A DNA stretch of 64,000 nt. Source: a virus (Duplodnaviria; Caudoviricetes). Made by a program: the position numbers and the translations under genes. The notes under the pieces were generated by a model that saw only the letters and a program-made list of their open reading frames with translations, ran no database searches and had not been told where the DNA came from. The stretch covers positions 128,001-192,000 of the IMG/VR virus record IMGVR_UViG_3300043414_000372; one strand, written 5' to 3'. Below are positions 58,242-64,000 of this stretch, in pieces. How positions within the stretch are numbered: position 1 is the stretch's first letter; each line of letters begins with the position of its first letter.

Positions 58242-59933
58242 TTAAAAGTTAAACTCTAACCATGCTTTCCTCAAAGCCTGAACTCTGTCCCACTCCTCAT
58301 CATACCACTTGTTATTTGCGTCAACAATGGGTTTGTTTCGGGCACGTATTGCTGCTATTTCAGGATCGCCTTCAGGTAAATTATTCTTAGCAGTTTTGTA
58401 TTCTTCAATTAACTCAAGAGATTTAGACTTTCGTATTTTCCATTCAGTGTTAAGTTTTTCTGCCGCATCTTGGTAGGTTTCTCTCAACGTCCGCACCTGA
58501 TCTAACCGTTTTAGTTTTTCATCTAGTTCAGCTTGACTAGGGGCGTTACTATATTCGGGAGCAGGAACTATTGTACTGCCCAACACAGAAGTAATAGAAG
58601 ATGCAAGTTCACCCCTATCGGAAGTACCTGTAGCAACTGAGGGCATCTTTATTGGGAATGGGCTTGATGAACTTAGTGCATTCATACTTGCAGCTAGGGC
58701 GGCGGCTGCGCTTGCTGGCAGCCCAGCTGATGCAAGAGATGCGAGTCCATCTTTACCTGATTGAAGTCCTTTTGTTAAACTATCTAACCCTCCGATTGCT
58801 GTACCTGTTAGTTTACCTAATACGGAACTTGCCGTACCTGTTACTCCATTTAATGCGCCTGCAGGATTAGTAAGTAATCCTGCCGCAGCAGTGCCTACAC
58901 CAGTCAATGCTCCACCAGTCAATAATGTTGCGGCTGATCCTGCTGCGGCAGTTGCGCTACTTATCCCATTTAGTGCGCCGGCCGACAGAGAATTAGCAAT
59001 TGATCCTACTCCTGCCAAATTCCCCACTCCACTAAGGACACCGGTTGTGGTATTTGTTACGGACGCAACTGCGCTCAGGCCTCCAGGCAAATTACTTATT
59101 CCACTAGCCAAAGCTGAAGTGGTGCCAGAAAATCCACTGACTATACTACTAGCTGCTGCACTTGCTGTTGTACCTAACGTACTGCTTTCTACACTGCTTG
59201 CTGCGCTTTTTGCTGCATCTAATGCGCCACCTGCTGCGCTTTTTGCTGCATCTAATGCGCCACCTGCTGCGCTACTTGCTGCATCTAATGCGCCACTAGC
59301 AGCAGCATTTAATCCACCTGCTGCGCTTTTTGCTGCATCTAATGCGCCACCTGCTGCGCTTTTTGCTGCATCTAATGCGCCACCTGCTGCGCCGCTAGCC
59401 GCATCTGCTGCTGCTTGAACTTCAGCATTTTTTATAGAAATTGAAGTTAAATTTTGAGGAATATTTGGTGTAAATGATTTAAACGAACTTGTTATTGCGC
59501 CAAATGCCGATCCTGCAATACCCTTAGCAGCGTCAACTGCGCCTGACATCCCTAGTACAGCGGGAGGCGCAAAGCCTGCTGCTTTACTTTTTAATAAATC
59601 TACGGCGGCGCTGGCGTTGCCGGGTAATCCTCCCAGCGTACTGCTTGCTGAAGTAGTTAAACTGTCTAGTGCGCTGCTAGCGGCAGTGCCAGCTGATCCC
59701 GTTACATTGTTCAATGCATCACCGGCTGCGCCGGTTAATCCACTAGTAAGGTTGCCTGCTGCTGCACTTGCTGCACTTGCTGCACCACCTGCCAAACTAG
59801 TTACCCCGGCTAGTGATGCTGAAATTGAATTTAATCCGCCGGTTCCAACTGTTGCATAATTTGCTGCAAAATTCCCAGAGGTTACAGATGCTGCTACATT
59901 TGCCAAAGAACCAAAACTAGGTAAAGTTGCCAT
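58242..59933 (-). CDS. Ala/Gly/Ser/Thr-rich low-complexity protein with charged helical C-terminus (spike-associated)
   Basis: 563 aa. About 470 aa of A/G/S/T/L-rich sequence with AAGGALDAAKS repeats, then a Lys/Glu/Arg/Trp-rich tail. TAATG overlap with the upstream gene. Confidence 0.8.
   Translation of the reverse strand: MATLPSFGSLANVAASVTSGNFAANYATVGTGGLNSISASLAGVTSLAGGAASAASAAAGNLTSGLTGAAGDALNNVTGSAGTAASSALDSLTTSASSTLGGLPGNASAAVDLLKSKAAGFAPPAVLGMSGAVDAAKGIAGSAFGAITSSFKSFTPNIPQNLTSISIKNAEVQAAADAASGAAGGALDAAKSAAGGALDAAKSAAGGLNAAASGALDAASSAAGGALDAAKSAAGGALDAAKSAASSVESSTLGTTASAAASSIVSGFSGTTSALASGISNLPGGLSAVASVTNTTTGVLSGVGNLAGVGSIANSLSAGALNGISSATAAAGSAATLLTGGALTGVGTAAAGLLTNPAGALNGVTGTASSVLGKLTGTAIGGLDSLTKGLQSGKDGLASLASAGLPASAAAALAASMNALSSSSPFPIKMPSVATGTSDRGELASSITSVLGSTIVPAPEYSNAPSQAELDEKLKRLDQVRTLRETYQDAAEKLNTEWKIRKSKSLELIEEYKTAKNNLPEGDPEIAAIRARNKPIVDANNKWYDEEWDRVQALRKAWLEFNF
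59198..59392 (-). repeat. 33-bp (11-aa, AAGGALDAAKS) tandem repeat, about 5 copies with one interruption
   Basis: The + strand unit ctgctgcgctttttgctgcatctaatgcgccac recurs near-perfectly between about 59198 and 59392. Confidence 0.9.
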
Positions 59934-60673
59934 TATATCATATTCCCCGCGCCAGTCGCAGTTGCACCTGCCATTATTTTTGAATTAACGTTTCTAAATG
60001 AATTTAAAGTTGAGTCAGTTGATTTCTCGTTTGCTAATTCCGTAACAACGTTAGCAGTTATTTTTGTATTTGCAATGCTTTGTAAGTAAGTTGAAGTAGC
60101 TTGTGGACCTACTTGAGATGCAGCACTTACTATACCTGCAATAACTGATGGTTGTTCTTTGCCAGTAATTGCTCCTGTCATAGTCATAGCTGTTTGTGCT
60201 TGCTGAAAATTAACAACTTGTGCAGTAGTCTGTGCTTTGATATTTTTAACTAATGCTAGTAGATTTTCTGCACCTGGCGCGCCTGTAAATAAATTTTGAG
60301 TCATGGCTGCTTCTACATTGGCTCCGCGCTGAACTAATCCGGTAATCAAAGCAGATGATCCGGGTTTTAATACACCGGCTGCTTCTAGCTGTTGAGGTGT
60401 CTGTGCTAGCGTGCCAACTGCCGCATTAATTTTTCCGGTAGAATCTGTAATGACTCCGCTGCCAGTGGACGTTACTGAAGGTGAAGTAGCTGCTGCCTGA
60501 GACGCAACACTGCCAACTAAAGCAGCAGTTACACCCGGATTTAATGATGTACTTGTAGTCCCTGAATCAGGCACTGTGGATACAGTTGCAGGAGTAACTG
60601 GATTGACTGGAGGCAACTTGGTTTGATTGTTACTAAACGCTTGATATGCAGTTTCTTGTGCAAAACTTGACAT
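59933..60673 (-). CDS. Ala/Thr-rich hypothetical protein directly downstream of the spike gene
   Basis: 246 aa with TAATG one-base overlaps at both ends. Confidence 0.75.
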   Translation of the reverse strand: MSSFAQETAYQAFSNNQTKLPPVNPVTPATVSTVPDSGTTSTSLNPGVTAALVGSVASQAAATSPSVTSTGSGVITDSTGKINAAVGTLAQTPQQLEAAGVLKPGSSALITGLVQRGANVEAAMTQNLFTGAPGAENLLALVKNIKAQTTAQVVNFQQAQTAMTMTGAITGKEQPSVIAGIVSAASQVGPQATSTYLQSIANTKITANVVTELANEKSTDSTLNSFRNVNSKIMAGATATGAGNMI

Positions 60674-62121
60674 TAGAATGCTCCACTACTGTTATTATTT
60701 ACTTTAGCATCAACACCTTGATTAGCATTAGCCCAAGGTGAATGAGCCGGAGCCCGACTGACAATAGATAATAAATATCCCGGCACTGCTGCCCAACCTT
60801 TAACTTTATCAAACAATGTGTCAGTATGTGCTACGATTGGAATTTTTGGCACTTCAGGTGGGGGATTTGCAGTAGAGCCAGTATTTAGATTAATCCTACT
60901 ACCGTTAATATACATGTCATTTGCACTAGCATATGAACCTTCTCCGCTAGTGCCCATACTCATTGCTCCTTGAACCTTTATTGTATATTTACCCAAAGTG
61001 TATCCACTAAAGTTTGCGCCATTTCTAAAAGCAATATCTTTCTCAACATTTATCTTTATGTTATCAGCTTGTATGTTTAAATCTTTTTTAGCATTAATGT
61101 TAATATTACGATCGGCGTGTAAATTTAAATCACCCTGTGTTCTGATATTTACGCTGTTAGTAGCATACATATCAATCGTGCCTTCTTTGCCTAATTCAAT
61201 ATAACTTTGTCCATTGGCATGAATGATGAATAATGTTTGACCATCATCACTCATCAAAATTTGATGACCAAGTGATGTTCTTAATCTTATTAGTTGATCT
61301 TTTCCAGTTGTGTCTCCGTCATCCATTACAATACTATGCCCAGTTCGGCGAGAAACAATTTTCAATGATGCATCGGGTTTATCTAAATTCTTTTCTATGG
61401 TAGAATCAGTATATCCACCTTGATAGATTGGTCTACCGGGGGTGTTAACTCCCCATCCAACTCTAGAAGGTGATTCACGCAAGGCGCTAGATGTTATTGG
61501 ACCTCTAACTGTATCTCTAATTAAACCTTGTTGTGAAAGAATAGCAGCAGCATAACTATGCACTGGTTTGGGAGCAGTTAAAAACTTAGTAGGATCGTTC
61601 AATGCTTGATTATTAGTGTTAAGGTTACTTACTGGTAATTGTTTAGCACCACCATAAGTGTCTGCTTCACCTTTGTTTGTCACAATATTGTCTGATGCGC
61701 CGATCGCCGGAATCATCTGTAATAATTCAGGAGGTAATATACTACCTATGTAATATCCATAGTTAACATCACCATTAATAAAAATGCAAACTACACTGCT
61801 ACCCAAATCTGGAGGACTATACCACATACCATATGAAGTTGGATTGGTTGTATAACTTCCATATTCAGTATCTTTACTTCCAGCCGATGGTGGTGTACTC
61901 CCAAAGAAGGGACTCATATAACTGACTGTGATCCAGCTGCTTTTATCATCTGGATTTGGTGCCCCAAAGTCAGCAATGTAAACATCTATTCTACCTGCCC
62001 TAGTAGAATCAATGTTGTTTTTTACTACTCCAAGTACAGGCACAGAACGTATTACGCCGCCGCCGGCGTCTGGTTTAGTTGCCTTAGCCTGTCCCTTTAC
62101 TTTAATTTCATTTGTTGCCAT
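60673..62121 (-). CDS. Baseplate hub/central spike, T4 gp5 / VgrG OB-fold-like
   Basis: N-terminal GVVKNNIDSTRAGRIDVYI...W..VSYMSPFFG...YGMW..PPDLGS.V.C.F.NGD is an OB-fold. It is followed by beta-helix-type RLRTSLGHQILMSDD...SYIELGKEGTIDMYA...LNLHA..NINI repeats. Confidence 0.82.
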   Translation of the reverse strand: MATNEIKVKGQAKATKPDAGGGVIRSVPVLGVVKNNIDSTRAGRIDVYIADFGAPNPDDKSSWITVSYMSPFFGSTPPSAGSKDTEYGSYTTNPTSYGMWYSPPDLGSSVVCIFINGDVNYGYYIGSILPPELLQMIPAIGASDNIVTNKGEADTYGGAKQLPVSNLNTNNQALNDPTKFLTAPKPVHSYAAAILSQQGLIRDTVRGPITSSALRESPSRVGWGVNTPGRPIYQGGYTDSTIEKNLDKPDASLKIVSRRTGHSIVMDDGDTTGKDQLIRLRTSLGHQILMSDDGQTLFIIHANGQSYIELGKEGTIDMYATNSVNIRTQGDLNLHADRNININAKKDLNIQADNIKINVEKDIAFRNGANFSGYTLGKYTIKVQGAMSMGTSGEGSYASANDMYINGSRINLNTGSTANPPPEVPKIPIVAHTDTLFDKVKGWAAVPGYLLSIVSRAPAHSPWANANQGVDAKVNNNSSGAF

Positions 62122-62147
62122 TAAATATTCTCTCTGATATTATTAAA

Positions 62148-64000
62148 TTAACCTCTTCCAAACACAGTTGGGGCAGAAGTTCCAGCATCATCATTTTGTA
62201 CTACACCAGTAGTAGTGGGTATTGTTATTTGATTTTGTGATAGTCTTTGCATTGGATCCATTACATTATTAATACTGCCTACGGAATTAATTGATGATAG
62301 TTGCGCTCTTTGTGCAGGGTCAAGGAATGAAGTAGGACTAGTACCAAAACCAGTGCCAGTAGTAGTGCCTGTGCCGCTTTCTGTAGGTGCCGATCCAGTG
62401 CCGGCTCTATTAAGTCTTGCTGTTTCAGCATCTGATTGATCTGATGTAGCTGTCTCAGCGCTGGTTCCGGCGCCTGCCCGATTAAGCCTGGAAGTTTCAG
62501 CTGCCGTTTGATTTACTGGCGGTGTGCTTGCAGTACCAGACCTATTAAGTCTTGCGGTTTCAGCATTTGATTGGTTTGCCGCCGCGGCTGTTTCGCCTGG
62601 ATCAGGAAATACATTAAGTGAACAAGATAAATCTTGCGTAAACATTCCGCCCCTAAAGGTACTAGTAACTGATTTAAGCATATAACTGATGCCGCCGCCA
62701 CGACTATCTATATCTTTTTTTATATAAGCCGGATAGTCATGGAAGAATATTGAATCATTTAAATTCATTGTACCAGACTTATTATCATAATCAAGCGGCT
62801 CTTTAAAGTTTATTTCAATAAACACTTGTCCTCCGTGTGGATTTATAGTAAACCCATCAGTACCATAATATTGATTATATAGGGAATTTATACTAGTTAC
62901 GGAAGATTGCATTAACAAATCAGGATCACCTAATATTGTCAGTTTAGCTTCACCATAATCATGAGGTGAAAACAAACTGGTCATATACATATTTTGTGTT
63001 TCCATACCTACATTTAATCTACCTTGATCAGGTTGACCTTGAGGTTGACCGGCTGTCACTGGTATATCTGCTGCTCCGCCTTGCGCCCTTGAATCAAAAT
63101 CGCCCATGCCCTGCACTGTTACATTATGATAAGCTATATCCAGTGTTTGTTGATAGCTAATAACTTCAGAATTTTTACCAGTATACCAATATTCATATCG
63201 CTTATGTGCCCCATAGTATGGGGTAGTTACTTTAGCTGATGCTGCTACAACTATTGGTGTCAAGTAAGACTGTATGATATATTTAATTTTATATACCCAA
63301 TCACCCTGTACCGGATCCCATCCTAAATTTTTCACTTCTGGTTTAATATTAAACCATTTTAATTGCGTTGGGGTATTATCTTGTTTTTCGTATGTACCAG
63401 TTTTAGGATCAGGTGCTAGATTTGTGTTTTCTATTTGAGTTAACGCTGATTCTAAGTATGAACTTTGTTTAACTATTTCTGATACCGCTTGTATAATAGG
63501 TGTGCCTTGTGCTATTTTTATTGTTCTTAAATCATTGTTTGGTGTTTCTTTGCTAGCGATTTTTTGATTAGATTCAGAACTTTTGGTTGCAGTTGTAGTT
63601 GGGATTTTTCTTTTGTCTAAATCTGCTTTACTTTTTAAAGTTGCATTTTTAATACTATCTCCATCAGGACCAATAAACACTACTTCATATTGACGAGGGA
63701 TAGTTACACCCTTACCGACTAATTGTTGTTGGTCATAATTTAATTTCCCAAATAAACTTGTCATCTGCGGAGTAGTGGTGGATTTGCTTACTAATCTTGA
63801 AATTTCAGCATTACTTTGATTTTCATCTGCTTTTGGTTGATTAGCGGGAACCAATGCATTATATACAGTGTCTGCTACAACGGGGATATCTGATATTATT
63901 GTACTAAACTTTGAACCAAACCCAATGATATCGTTAGCGGCTTTGGCAACAACCTCATATACTACAGGGGCTCCGGTAATTTTAAACTTCATATCAGCAA
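62148..64000 (-). CDS. Putative baseplate hub/tail protein (N-terminus beyond the right edge)
   Basis: The frame is open to the window end. It carries KRYEYWYTGKNSEV and AKLTILGDPDLL...VFIEINFKEPLDY...SVTSTF.GG.FTQDL, and sits directly upstream of the spike gene. Confidence 0.6.
   Translation of the reverse strand, partial: ADMKFKITGAPVVYEVVAKAANDIIGFGSKFSTIISDIPVVADTVYNALVPANQPKADENQSNAEISRLVSKSTTTPQMTSLFGKLNYDQQQLVGKGVTIPRQYEVVFIGPDGDSIKNATLKSKADLDKRKIPTTTATKSSESNQKIASKETPNNDLRTIKIAQGTPIIQAVSEIVKQSSYLESALTQIENTNLAPDPKTGTYEKQDNTPTQLKWFNIKPEVKNLGWDPVQGDWVYKIKYIIQSYLTPIVVAASAKVTTPYYGAHKRYEYWYTGKNSEVISYQQTLDIAYHNVTVQGMGDFDSRAQGGAADIPVTAGQPQGQPDQGRLNVGMETQNMYMTSLFSPHDYGEAKLTILGDPDLLMQSSVTSINSLYNQYYGTDGFTINPHGGQVFIEINFKEPLDYDNKSGTMNLNDSIFFHDYPAYIKKDIDSRGGGISYMLKSVTSTFRGGMFTQDLSCSLNVFPDPGETAAAANQSNAETARLNRSGTASTPPVNQTAAETSRLNRAGAGTSAETATSDQSDAETARLNRAGTGSAPTESGTGTTTGTGFGTSPTSFLDPAQRAQLSSINSVGSINNVMDPMQRLSQNQITIPTTTGVVQNDDAGTSAPTVFGRG

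Noticed and set aside
34331-63160. Plus-strand ORFs opposite the structural genes, including the 175-aa 58891-59418
   Set aside because: They are antisense artefacts. The long one stays open only because GCN/GGN-rich repeats lack stops on the reverse strand.
1-64000. Stop-codon reassignment, inteins or introns
   Set aside because: Standard-code ORFs tile both halves with overlaps or tiny gaps, including a 20-kb uninterrupted ORF. No intein splice motifs, homing endonucleases or unexplained gaps were seen.
1-64000. Bacterial chromosome or giant eukaryotic virus origin
   Set aside because: The gp25, gp6-like and gp5-like baseplate genes, SD motifs, overlapping genes and T4-type late motifs point to a tailed bacteriophage. 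No housekeeping or NCLDV core genes were seen.

Overview
This window is a 64-kb AT-rich segment of a large T4-like (myovirus) phage genome, with no rRNA, tRNA, CRISPR array, integrase or transposase visible. The right half (about 31.3-64 kb, minus strand) is a tail/baseplate module. It encodes a hub protein cut by the window edge, a gp5/VgrG-like spike followed by two Ala/Gly/Ser-rich genes, gp25, a gp6-like wedge, a 6,652-aa multidomain baseplate/fibre protein and small fibre genes. The left half (1-31.2 kb) is a dense tailoring-enzyme cluster. It holds 11 radical SAM enzymes (9 with an N-terminal twitch/SPASM-like domain, 1 with it C-terminal, 1 B12-dependent and fused to a methyltransferase-like domain), 2 free methyltransferases, 2 2OG-Fe(II) oxygenases, 2 sulfotransferases, 3 SGNH-like proteins, a NodU/CmcH carbamoyltransferase and 3 glycosyltransferase-like genes. 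It also holds a >1,845-aa ORF missing from the ORF track, built from about 17 tandem ~66-aa repeats plus degenerate GT-like domains. The same late-promoter-like motif (TATAAATA and variants) precedes both enzyme and structural genes. My best hypothesis, which is inference, is a phage-encoded, late-expressed pathway that builds and heavily decorates a virion surface glycan or modifies virion proteins. All family assignments come from motifs read by eye; no searches were run.
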